From contig JAUPTZ010000010.1 in the NCBI GenBank assembly GCA_030917815.1, positions 78,605-142,604 on the forward strand: a DNA stretch of 64,000 bases, read 5' to 3'. A model generated the notes under the pieces. The model ran no database searches, was not told the origin of the DNA, and saw only the letters and a program-made list of their open reading frames with translations. Positions 1 through 8,887 of the stretch are shown piece by piece. Positions within the stretch are counted from its first letter, which is position 1. Each line of letters opens with the position of its first letter. This DNA comes from Candidatus Babelota bacterium. Lineage in GTDB: Bacteria > Babelota > Babeliae > Babelales > JAUPTZ01. Position numbers and translations under genes: made by a program.

Positions 1-668
1 AGTTTGCAACCGACTATCTCCAGCAGCTTATGTGCCCACATCGCATCGAGCACCAAACAACAATCTGCCGTTGCAATGTTTGCCGTGCTATCACCGAACA
101 TCAATCAAGCACCGTAACGTGGATCGAGCCAACCAGTGATTATGTATTGGATGACATTGAACCAATTTTAACCATCATTCGTTTTCAACTTGATGATAAC
201 AAAAAGCATGCCTTTGTGCTTGCCAATGCTCACTTACTTTCAACTGCCTGCGCGAACCGTCTTTTAAAAGTTGTAGAAGAACCACCACGAGGCTACCTCT
301 TCATATTCCTCGCCAATGACTATGCCGCATTGCTACCAACTATCCAATCCCGCTGCACCATTCTCTATCAATCACCCCATCAAGTGCCAACATTAAGTGG
401 CTTGCTAACTTTTTTCACCGATCCTGAAAAACAACAAGACCCGGCCGGACTTGATACATTTTTACGCAGTGAACAACCCAGTCTTGCCGAAACGAAGTTA
501 CTCGTTCATCAACTGGTTACCGTAATAGACTATGATGCCTATCGCAATCCATCTGTTGCAAAACAGGTTCTTGATACGGCGCAACGCAATTTCCCCCAAG
601 CCGGTGGTGCTCAACACTATCTTCGCTGGTTATTCATGGCACTTCACGCAGCGCGGTTTAGTGATTAG
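1..668 (+). CDS. holB: DNA polymerase III subunit delta' (clamp loader), 5'-partial at window edge
   Basis: The frame is open from nt 3. Cys cluster CRCNVC, 'RLLKVVEEPP' and sensor-1-like 'TIQSRC' are typical of delta'. The Walker-A-proximal N-terminus is missing, so the gene starts upstream of the window. Confidence 0.75.
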   Translation, partial: FATDYLQQLMCPHRIEHQTTICRCNVCRAITEHQSSTVTWIEPTSDYVLDDIEPILTIIRFQLDDNKKHAFVLANAHLLSTACANRLLKVVEEPPRGYLFIFLANDYAALLPTIQSRCTILYQSPHQVPTLSGLLTFFTDPEKQQDPAGLDTFLRSEQPSLAETKLLVHQLVTVIDYDAYRNPSVAKQVLDTAQRNFPQAGGAQHYLRWLFMALHAARFSD

Positions 669-674
669 CAACAC

Positions 675-1364
675 ATGAGCATGTTAAGCTTTTTTTTAAA
701 TGGCTTAATCGTCCAACTACTCATGAGCATCGCCTCTTTACCTTTTTTACTCTGGTGGCATATTCCCTACCCGCTACTTAGTATTCTGGGAAACCTCATC
801 AATCCATGCTTCTTAACTGCGTTTCTTTTTCTAACCAGCGCCATCTTTTTTGCCACACTTTTAGGCATTCCACACACGCCACTCACCACGCTACTCATCA
901 CCATCACCAATATCTGGGATCATCTTCTTGATGCACCAATCCCTTCTGGCTGGATTGCACTACATTGGTGGTATCTGATACCGGCATACAGCATCGCCAT
1001 ACTTATCTTCTGCTCGCTTATCTACACAACCAAACATCGATACTCAAAAAAAATCATATGGCTTTTGATTGTAGTCAACGGCGCTACCGGCCTCTGGCAA
1101 CTTCATGCTCATAAGGAACCGGGCCTCACTATCTTGCGTAAGGGAGATCATGCACTGGTCTGCATCCCACTCGATAATGGCTCAATAGAAGTGGTTGATC
1201 ATGGTTATTTACGCAGCGCTCGCGACACCAAGGCAGCAGTCTACTACGACCTCATACCCCATGTTTTATTTACCTACGGCATGCCAACAAAAGTAGTAGT
1301 GCGAGGAGATGGGAAAAGAATCAGTACGGCCCAAGCAATTATTCAAAACTATCTTCGTTGTTAG
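675..1364 (+). CDS. short ComEC/Rec2-like polytopic membrane protein (229 aa)
   Basis: Multiple TM helices. 'SLPFLLWWHIPYPLLSILGNLINPCFL' resembles the ComEC competence-domain core (..S..aNll..P). It is much shorter than full-length ComEC. Confidence 0.4.
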   Translation: MSMLSFFLNGLIVQLLMSIASLPFLLWWHIPYPLLSILGNLINPCFLTAFLFLTSAIFFATLLGIPHTPLTTLLITITNIWDHLLDAPIPSGWIALHWWYLIPAYSIAILIFCSLIYTTKHRYSKKIIWLLIVVNGATGLWQLHAHKEPGLTILRKGDHALVCIPLDNGSIEVVDHGYLRSARDTKAAVYYDLIPHVLFTYGMPTKVVVRGDGKRISTAQAIIQNYLRC

Positions 1365-1396
1365 AGGAAGAAATGAGACAGCTAAGCGATCCCGGG

Positions 1397-2098
1397 CTAA
1401 GCGCCGAAATTACGTTCGATGGCATAAAACTGGTCAATGCATTCATTAACCTTAGCCCGCGTCATCTCCGGCCAGAGGCAATCAGGAAACATTAATTCGC
1501 TATACGCGGCCTGATACAGCAAGAAATTGCTCAACCGATGTACCTTGCCAGTACGAATAATAAGATCAGGTGGTGGCATATCACCAGTCCATAAATAAGA
1601 AGAGAATACCTGTGGTGTTACATCTTCAGCGGCCAGCACGCCGCTCGCAACATCACATGCAATGCGTGCCGTAGCAGCCACTATTTCTTGTTGCGCTCCA
1701 TAACAAAAGAGGATTTGTAATCGCACACCTGTTTGCTCGTTCGTCGCCTTTTCTAATGCTTCCACCGCACGAAGAACCGGAACTGGATAACACTCTCGCG
1801 CCCCAACAAACGTAGCTTGAATGCCATGCTGTATAAACAAATCTTTCTTTTCAGTACAGGCTTGTATGAGGGCCTTGAACACATGGTTTTTTAACGCCTC
1901 ATCACGCCGGCTAAAATTTTCAAGCGAGAATGCAAAAAGCGAAACGCACGAGACATCCCGATCTTTACACGCATTAATTGCTTCAAAAATAGCCCGTAAT
2001 GCCTGCTCATTATAGAGACCGTCGGCCGTATTCTGTTCAGCCCACCGACGATTACCGTCCATGATAAATGCAATATGACGTAACGGTGGTTTTGTCAT
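1397..2098 (-). CDS. uppS: undecaprenyl-diphosphate synthase (isoprenyl transferase)
   Basis: 'HIAFIMDGNRRWA' signature and 'IRTGKVHRLSNFLLYQAAYSEL' C-terminal motif. The ATG at 2098 is chosen over the longer ORF start. Confidence 0.9.
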   Translation of the reverse strand: MTKPPLRHIAFIMDGNRRWAEQNTADGLYNEQALRAIFEAINACKDRDVSCVSLFAFSLENFSRRDEALKNHVFKALIQACTEKKDLFIQHGIQATFVGARECYPVPVLRAVEALEKATNEQTGVRLQILFCYGAQQEIVAATARIACDVASGVLAAEDVTPQVFSSYLWTGDMPPPDLIIRTGKVHRLSNFLLYQAAYSELMFPDCLWPEMTRAKVNECIDQFYAIERNFGA

Positions 2099-2102
2099 GA
2101 AA

Positions 2103-2657
2103 TCAACACTGAGAGATAGTTTGCAAAGCAATACGCCGCCTTGCCCATGTATGCAGACGATTAAGAACCATTGAAACAACAAGCATACCAACGATAGAAA
2201 CTAACCGCTCAAAAGGCACCAAGGGCACCAAGAGACTCCACTTTACCGACGCCCCAAATAGGCAGACAATCAAGGCCCCCGTCATGTGCGCAGTTAAACT
2301 AGCGATAATTGAGCGAGTAATAACATGAGCTCGAGCGGCCGGTGATAACAACAAAAGAAGAGGCATGAGCATCCAGTATACCGAAAACCAGGCATCGCTT
2401 GTTAAGCCAACATGTGAAATAAATGTTATAGTGGACAGCACTGGCAGCACTGCAAGAAAAAGGCGAGGATACAGAGAACTATACCGCCAAGCGGCAACGG
2501 CCGCGATAGTTGGCAAACCACCAGTATTGTGGAGAAGAAATGAGTTGGATCCGGTTACACAGTATTTAAAGACGGCCCAAAGAACGACCCCTACGAGACC
2601 AAACCCAGCGAGTGATGACCAGAGGGGTGTAAGCCAAAGCGTGTACGAAAACAACAT
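2103..2657 (-). CDS. hypothetical integral membrane protein (184 aa, 5-6 TM)
   Basis: Long ORF 4 nt upstream of uppS on the same strand. Strongly hydrophobic, with no motif recognised. Confidence 0.5.
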   Translation of the reverse strand: MLFSYTLWLTPLWSSLAGFGLVGVVLWAVFKYCVTGSNSFLLHNTGGLPTIAAVAAWRYSSLYPRLFLAVLPVLSTITFISHVGLTSDAWFSVYWMLMPLLLLLSPAARAHVITRSIIASLTAHMTGALIVCLFGASVKWSLLVPLVPFERLVSIVGMLVVSMVLNRLHTWARRRIALQTISQC

Positions 2658-2737
2658 AAAAAACCTCGCATTTACGTAGGGATTATTGGTACAATTCTTT
2701 GCAAAAGGAAGAACAGTATATCAGATAGGATAGAGAT

Positions 2738-3463
2738 ATGAAAAGCACAAAACCCCATCTCGAGGGAATAATCTTTGACATGGACGGTACAATTATCGAT
2801 ACCGAACATCTCTGGGAGGCGGCAACATTATTATTACTTGCTCGCTACAATGTCAATGTACATGCAGCAACGCCGGAGCAAAACGCCGCTTTTGAAAAAC
2901 TAACCGGTATCGGCATGATCGGGGCAATGGAAATGATAAAAGATACGTTCAAAATAGCGCATGTTAGCGTAGAGCAACTGGCTAAAGAACAAATCGAAAT
3001 CGTGCGAGAACTGGTCAAACAAGAAATCCAGTTCATACATGGATTTGAAGACTTTCATCGTAAATTATCGACGGCTGGGATTGCAAGCAGTATTGCCACA
3101 AATGCCGATGCCGAAAGCCTCAAGGGTTTTTCAGAAAAAATGAATTTTATCTCCTACTTCGGCCAGAACATGTATTGTGTTGCCGACGTTGATAATAAAG
3201 CAAAGCCTGATCCAGCACTTTTCCTCCATGCGGCCGACAAAATTAAAGCTAACCCAGAAAAATGTATCGTTTTTGAAGATTCTCTTTGGGGATTCAAGGC
3301 GGCGGCTGCTGCTGGAATGAAGTGTATCGCCATAAAAAACAAGAAAAATGTCGGCTATTTTGCTGAACATACCCACGGTCATATCGAGTCGTATACCGCA
3401 GCAGAAGCAGAAGTCTTGCGCATTGTAGCCGCATATTTGCGCCAAAAAGAAGAAGAAAAGTAA
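2738..3463 (+). CDS. HAD-superfamily hydrolase, subfamily IA (beta-phosphoglucomutase-like)
   Basis: Motif I 'IIFDMDGTIIDTE' and motif IV 'VFEDSLWGFKAAAAAGM'. Confidence 0.85.
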   Translation: MKSTKPHLEGIIFDMDGTIIDTEHLWEAATLLLLARYNVNVHAATPEQNAAFEKLTGIGMIGAMEMIKDTFKIAHVSVEQLAKEQIEIVRELVKQEIQFIHGFEDFHRKLSTAGIASSIATNADAESLKGFSEKMNFISYFGQNMYCVADVDNKAKPDPALFLHAADKIKANPEKCIVFEDSLWGFKAAAAAGMKCIAIKNKKNVGYFAEHTHGHIESYTAAEAEVLRIVAAYLRQKEEEK

Positions 3464-3540
3464 AAACCATAGAATTAAGCCACCCCCCTCCCGTAGACTG
3501 AGGCTAGGTAACTGTACATGTTACAAGGGGGACTCAGGCT

Positions 3541-4812
3541 ATGATTTCAGGGATATTTCTGCTCATTTTTTTCAGCTGCATAACACCTTTTTTTGCCGAA
3601 GCAGCAACAAAATTTCCACGCAAAACCCTGTCTGCCGAGAATTTCAAACAGATTCTGGCTAGCGAGCGTGATCGTGATAATGACGGAGACGTGTCAAAAA
3701 ATCTTAGAACGATCGCCTTGGACACCTCAAAAGCCACCGATCCTTCGATGGAAAACATCGTAAAGCATGCCGAAGATCACCTTAAATATTTAGCCGAAAA
3801 ACAAAAGTTTTCCGGACGTGACGACGAAGAAAATCGAGTAGCGGCTGAGCGCCAACTGATGCTTTCCGGCATTTTTGATGCAGAAATGCGACAAGGAACC
3901 GGTGAAAACATCGGAGCTCAGCGCGCACGACAACTCCTTGGACCGGACAAAGAAGCACCATCAACCAATGAGTTTATTAGTCGGCATCGCGGTAAGCTTG
4001 GTACCGGCCTTTTGTACATGGGTCCAGACAGCTTTTTACAACAGCATGAGTCCAACAAGATTGCCGAAGCACTTGAAGGTGAAACACTTACGAGTATTAT
4101 GGCCGGCTTCAAAGATAGCGATCACAAAATAGATGGGCAAAATTCAATCGAAAAAATGTTTCGCTACTTTCGCCCACTGACAAAGGCCACTTACGGTATT
4201 ATGCCCTTTGCTCCTGACCTCATGAAAAACAAACGGATCAGAGGCATGCTCCCCGCCGAAGGTATGGCGAAATATAATTTCACACCGCAAGGCACTACCG
4301 ACAAAGCACTCGGCGGTGCAAACCTTGCTACCTTAACTGCCAGCCTTTTATACAATGCTGCAACCGAAAAGGATGCGGCACTTGATGCACGAGAAGCCTA
4401 TTATCTTTCCTACTTCAATCGTCGCCATGGTGTACCAACCGACATTACTGCCTACAAAAACAGTATTAAACGATTGGCTAAGACCCGCCTTGCAATCCAA
4501 ATGCTTGGCCAGTACGCAACCCCAATGCTTCTTGCGCTACTCCTTAACAAGCGCCCACCGAGCGCCAATGGGACAACTTTTTCACCTGCAATAGCGGTCG
4601 CAAACCTTGCAAGCATTACCGACACACTTCTTGGCATGTATCAACGGTACAAACAAAAAGAGATGATGAAGAGTATAAAGAGAATAGTTCCCTTAGTTGA
4701 ACAAGAGTTAGCACTCAATCCGCCAACCACACAAGAACAAGCGGCCGACAAAGCAAGCAGCGCCGCCGAACGTATGGCCAGTGAAATGATGAAACCTATG
4801 GACTTTAATTAA
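3541..4812 (+). CDS. exported hypothetical protein (423 aa)
   Basis: N-terminal 'MISGIFLLIFFSCITPFFAEAA' is signal-peptide-like. A GGGGGA RBS lies upstream. No recognisable domain. Confidence 0.6.
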   Translation: MISGIFLLIFFSCITPFFAEAATKFPRKTLSAENFKQILASERDRDNDGDVSKNLRTIALDTSKATDPSMENIVKHAEDHLKYLAEKQKFSGRDDEENRVAAERQLMLSGIFDAEMRQGTGENIGAQRARQLLGPDKEAPSTNEFISRHRGKLGTGLLYMGPDSFLQQHESNKIAEALEGETLTSIMAGFKDSDHKIDGQNSIEKMFRYFRPLTKATYGIMPFAPDLMKNKRIRGMLPAEGMAKYNFTPQGTTDKALGGANLATLTASLLYNAATEKDAALDAREAYYLSYFNRRHGVPTDITAYKNSIKRLAKTRLAIQMLGQYATPMLLALLLNKRPPSANGTTFSPAIAVANLASITDTLLGMYQRYKQKEMMKSIKRIVPLVEQELALNPPTTQEQAADKASSAAERMASEMMKPMDFN

Positions 4813-5510
4813 ACAACTCGGCAGGCAACCAGCGTTTCTAGCCGACTTGGCTTGAATCGAGCAATTACTCGCGCAAATTCATTAAGCGTGTGTCCCGTAG
4901 TATAGACATCATCTACGAGCAACACTTTCTTTCCCTGTATAGCTGTGGCCATACGGTCAAATGACCAATACCACGATCGCCCAAAAGCGCCAACCACATT
5001 TGCTTTACGTGCACGACCCTCAAGAAGCTTCTGGTGCTTAGTGGCACGCGTACGCACACAGGGCTGCACACAACGACCACCGGTTGGCAGGGCAATATAC
5101 TGCGCCATTACCGCTGCTTGATTATATCCGCGCATCAAATAGCGAGACCAATGAAGCGGTACCGGAATAATAAGATCATACGTTAATGACTTTTCGATGC
5201 AATAGGTAGCAGCAAGACGACCAAGCTGCTGTGCCGCACCGATGTCTCGGCGCTCTTTCGCACACACCAAATGAGCAACAACACCGCTATACCGACTCAG
5301 CGCACGCACCGTGCAACGCAGCGTTGCATTCAACGCTACCTGTATATCGGGCACACGTGGAACCAACGCATAACAACGATCGCACAAGACATGATCTAAG
5401 GGTATCAATGCCCTACATTGCGCACAAAAAGAAGGATACAAGAGTGATATGATTTTTTTAAAAATCGGTCGGCTAATGAGCAATCCACCATAATAAGTGG
5501 AGCACACCAT
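4809..5510 (-). CDS. comF: ComF-family phosphoribosyltransferase-like protein
   Basis: N-terminal double CxxC ('CAQCRAL..CDRCYAL') plus PRTase motif 'VLLVDDVYTTGHTL'. Confidence 0.8.
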   Translation of the reverse strand: MVCSTYYGGLLISRPIFKKIISLLYPSFCAQCRALIPLDHVLCDRCYALVPRVPDIQVALNATLRCTVRALSRYSGVVAHLVCAKERRDIGAAQQLGRLAATYCIEKSLTYDLIIPVPLHWSRYLMRGYNQAAVMAQYIALPTGGRCVQPCVRTRATKHQKLLEGRARKANVVGAFGRSWYWSFDRMATAIQGKKVLLVDDVYTTGHTLNEFARVIARFKPSRLETLVACRVV

Positions 5511-5958
5511 TAGTCATCAACGCAAGCAGTACTATCTCACCACTACTGAGCGTCACACCACCGGTTGCTGTTTTGTTATCGTACGCATACACACGCTGCG
5601 CAAGCACACTCATAAAAAGCCAGAGATGAAACACACAAAAACCAAATAGCAGGAATTTAATAGTCACACTCGGCAACCAGGCAAGCGCAACAACAACCCC
5701 GGCTAAACGATCAAGTACAATATCGGCTTCGCGTTCTTCGGTAACATCGCGACGTACAAACCAGGAAAGCCCAAACATTATAGCAAGCGTACTAGCCATG
5801 CACACAAGCCCAGCTGTTGGCGCCAAGGCATGAAGCCAGGAAAAAAGCCAAAGCAACGGAATACCAAGTAGCGATCCCCACACTCGTGCTGCAGGAACTA
5901 ATCCAACCAGCCCCAAAGATACTATCACATATGCAATATTACTTAGCTTTTGCTTCAT
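5473..5958 (-). CDS. divergent phosphatidylglycerophosphatase A-like membrane protein
   Basis: 'GLVGLVPAARVWGSLLGIP' matches the PgpA N-terminal motif and 'DIVLDRLAG' resembles IV(W)DE..G. The C-terminal motifs are degenerate. The ATG at 5958 has a GAGG RBS. Confidence 0.5.
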   Translation of the reverse strand: MKQKLSNIAYVIVSLGLVGLVPAARVWGSLLGIPLLWLFSWLHALAPTAGLVCMASTLAIMFGLSWFVRRDVTEEREADIVLDRLAGVVVALAWLPSVTIKFLLFGFCVFHLWLFMSVLAQRVYAYDNKTATGGVTLSSGEIVLLALMTNGVLHLLWWIAH

Positions 5959-6415
5959 ACAACGCCTCACCAGCTATTAACAAGAATCCAACCACAATTG
6001 CGGCATCTGCCACATTAAACGTCGGCCATGACCAACGCCCACAGTAGAGCTCTACAAAATCAATTACACCGCCGATGTACAATCGGTCAACAAAATTTCC
6101 AATAGCGCCACCAATAATAAGGCCAAACCCAATATCAGCAGTACGCGTTAGTGCATAAAAACGCCACGCAACAATTAACAGCGCAACGATCAGTGCAATA
6201 ATGCCGGTAAGCTCCCAAGAAATAACTCCAGAAGAAGAGGCAAACAAACTAAAACTAATACCGCTGTTAAACATCAACGAAAGCTTGCATCCGGGAAATA
6301 CCAGGATATCATTCATCGACAAATACTGTAGCGCATACACTTTGCTCAAACGATCAAGCACAAATGTACTGAATGCGGTTAACGCAAATAACCAATCGTA
6401 GTGTTGTATTCTCAT
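5939..6415 (-). CDS. lspA: lipoprotein signal peptidase (signal peptidase II)
   Basis: 'FNSGISFSLF', 'GGAIGNFVDRL' and 'FNVADAAIVVG' motifs. The ATG at 6415 is preceded by GGAGAG. Confidence 0.9.
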   Translation of the reverse strand: MRIQHYDWLFALTAFSTFVLDRLSKVYALQYLSMNDILVFPGCKLSLMFNSGISFSLFASSSGVISWELTGIIALIVALLIVAWRFYALTRTADIGFGLIIGGAIGNFVDRLYIGGVIDFVELYCGRWSWPTFNVADAAIVVGFLLIAGEALYEAKAK

Positions 6416-6431
6416 ACTCTCCTTCCTGCGT

Positions 6432-8729
6432 CTATTCCCGCAATTGCGCTCCATGAGCAGCAAGCGTTTCAAGTGATCGAATGCGCACCTGCTCAACTTC
6501 CTCTCGCGTCACCGTACGATCTTGATGCGATAATGTTATACGGAACGCAACCGAACGGCGGTCAGTCCATTCTTTTTTCTCAAAGAAGTCAATTAATCGT
6601 ACCTCTTCAATAAGGTCGCTACAGGCGTATAACAGCTTTTCGAGATCGGCAACCATACTGGTATGGGACACTATGACACTCACATCAACGGTTGAGTGTT
6701 GATACTTCCGCACAGGCCCTACCGTATAACGCGGCGCCGGATGATTTTGCAATAAAGAAGCATTAAGCATAAATCCGTATGCGGTACTTTCTGGAAGACC
6801 ACCCATCTTCTGTACCATCACCGGATCGATTGCACCAAGCACACCAATCACTTTGCCTTCATGCGAAATAAAGGCGGCCGGCGTTTTTGCCAACCAAGGG
6901 TATTCCGGCATCATCACCGCCGTATGCCACGTAATAGCAATGCCGGCCAAGCGGCACACTTCGGTTACTACGTGCTTCAAGCGATAAAAATCAAACGCCC
7001 CTCGCTTGTCATACCACACACCGGCAAGCTCTTTGCGTTCCGATCCATTTCCGGTCGGCCACACGGTTCCCCATTCAAAAAAGGCACATTTTTCCACATC
7101 GGCCATATTGTCCATAACATTACCCAGCAAATGAGGCACGAGCGAGGAAACCAAACGACGAGCTTCTTGTGAGACCGGATTTCTCAGCACTAAGCGCTCC
7201 GGCTCTTGCCAACCAATCATCGCCAAAATCTGTTCATTATAAAAAGCATAATTACGTTGCTCTTGCATCTCGGCACTGTAGGCTAAATGTTGCTTAATCA
7301 TCCGCTCACGCATAACCGGCTGCAGGTTCGATGCTTTTTGCACAACGGTAGGCATAATCGGCGTGATGTTATCAAAACCATACAGTCGAGCTACTTCTTC
7401 TACAATGTCATGGGGGCCAGAAATATCTTTGGTCGCTCGGTATGAGGGCACATTGACCTCAAATACCGTATCATCACCAACCACATGCGGCTGCGCCATG
7501 ATCTCAATTGAAGCCAACAGCTGCACGACCGTTGATGGTTCAAGTGCAACACCAATACGATCAACAATATAGCGATGGGAAACCGAGAGGATTAGCGGCT
7601 CTTTTGGTGTAGAAAACAGGACTATTGGTCCCGTCACAGGCGCCGTAATAACACCCCAAGCACGCCCTAACGCAATACATCGCTCAAGTACCGGTACCAT
7701 TTGCTCCGGATCTAACGTTTTCTCAAATCGCTGAGAGCTTTCGGTACGTATTTTATGGCGGGCTGAGCTCTTGCGTATCGTGGAAGCATGAAAACAGGCC
7801 GCTTCCAAAATAAGCGCCCGAGTCTCAGGCCGTATCGAATCATCCTTGCCACCCATAATACCGGCAAGCCCCACAATTTTCTCAGCATCTACTACTACAA
7901 GATCATTACCATCTAAATCAATCTTAGAACCATCCAAAAGTACGAGCTGTTCACCGGCCGATGCAAATTTAACATTGATCAAATGACCACTTAAACGATC
8001 GGCATCGTAGGCATGCATTGGGTGTCCCCAATCGGCCATAGCATAGTTAGTCATATCAACAACGGCGCTACGTGGTCGATAACCAATGTTAATTAAACGA
8101 CTCGTGGCCCGCACATCGCAAGCCGCTTGCGCAATCGAGGTGATCTGCACGCCAGCAATACCTGAGCAGGCTGCAGGCGCATCATTACGAAGCACAACTG
8201 AACTATCAGACTTCACCACTAGAAGTGACTCATACACTTGCGACGCATCACAAATTTTCTTACCAAATAAGGCTGCTACCTCACGAGCAAACCCTCGGTG
8301 ACCCCACATGTCTGGTCGATGGGTGAGTGACTTATTGTCTACATCCAAAATAATATCTTCGTTTTCCCAGTTAGATCGCCACTGGCCAGCAAGATCGGCA
8401 TCGGTTATCCGAAGCGCCGGCACAAGGCCCTCTTTGTCGAGACCAACCTCCTGAAGCGTTATCCAGCGATATCCGCTACCGGTAGCCACCACAAGATACG
8501 CAGCGAGCTTGTCGGAACAAAGCGAAAGATCACTGCGCGATGGAAGCCCCCGCGAAATAGCGGTCTGGGCACGCACCGCTTCAAATGCATCAATTGATAC
8601 TGAAAGCTTCTCAGTGTGCTCAATTTCGGCAACTTTAGCATTAAATCGCGTTACTAATGCCTCAACATCAACCAGGTGCCACGGCATACCAACGATATGA
8701 TCACACAACCATCGCAGCGAAATTTTCAT
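6432..8729 (-). CDS. pheT: phenylalanine--tRNA ligase beta subunit
   Basis: Typical start 'MKISLRWLCDHI', B3/4 and B5 region similarity, about 765 aa, AAGGA RBS. No pheS is adjacent. Confidence 0.9.
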   Translation of the reverse strand: MKISLRWLCDHIVGMPWHLVDVEALVTRFNAKVAEIEHTEKLSVSIDAFEAVRAQTAISRGLPSRSDLSLCSDKLAAYLVVATGSGYRWITLQEVGLDKEGLVPALRITDADLAGQWRSNWENEDIILDVDNKSLTHRPDMWGHRGFAREVAALFGKKICDASQVYESLLVVKSDSSVVLRNDAPAACSGIAGVQITSIAQAACDVRATSRLINIGYRPRSAVVDMTNYAMADWGHPMHAYDADRLSGHLINVKFASAGEQLVLLDGSKIDLDGNDLVVVDAEKIVGLAGIMGGKDDSIRPETRALILEAACFHASTIRKSSARHKIRTESSQRFEKTLDPEQMVPVLERCIALGRAWGVITAPVTGPIVLFSTPKEPLILSVSHRYIVDRIGVALEPSTVVQLLASIEIMAQPHVVGDDTVFEVNVPSYRATKDISGPHDIVEEVARLYGFDNITPIMPTVVQKASNLQPVMRERMIKQHLAYSAEMQEQRNYAFYNEQILAMIGWQEPERLVLRNPVSQEARRLVSSLVPHLLGNVMDNMADVEKCAFFEWGTVWPTGNGSERKELAGVWYDKRGAFDFYRLKHVVTEVCRLAGIAITWHTAVMMPEYPWLAKTPAAFISHEGKVIGVLGAIDPVMVQKMGGLPESTAYGFMLNASLLQNHPAPRYTVGPVRKYQHSTVDVSVIVSHTSMVADLEKLLYACSDLIEEVRLIDFFEKKEWTDRRSVAFRITLSHQDRTVTREEVEQVRIRSLETLAAHGAQLRE

Positions 8730-8887
8730 AAAACATCCTTTATAGAACCGGGAATAGCCCACAACGAGGGGCGATTGTACCATGTTTTTTACCGCAACAA
8801 TACTATTGTATTTACTCCAAAATCGATGGAGTGCAATACTTTTAGCTGGCTACTATGCGTACCGTTCACGGGGAAAAGGAATTTTAT

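Noticed and set aside
4809-4812. Convergent genes sharing a palindromic TTAA, so the stop codons of 3541-4812 (+) and comF (-) overlap. Similar convergent overlaps occur at 16929-16936, 35147-35152 and 51598-51601.
   Set aside because: This reflects genome compaction and is not evidence for a specific regulatory device. It is noted only because it leaves no room for terminators.
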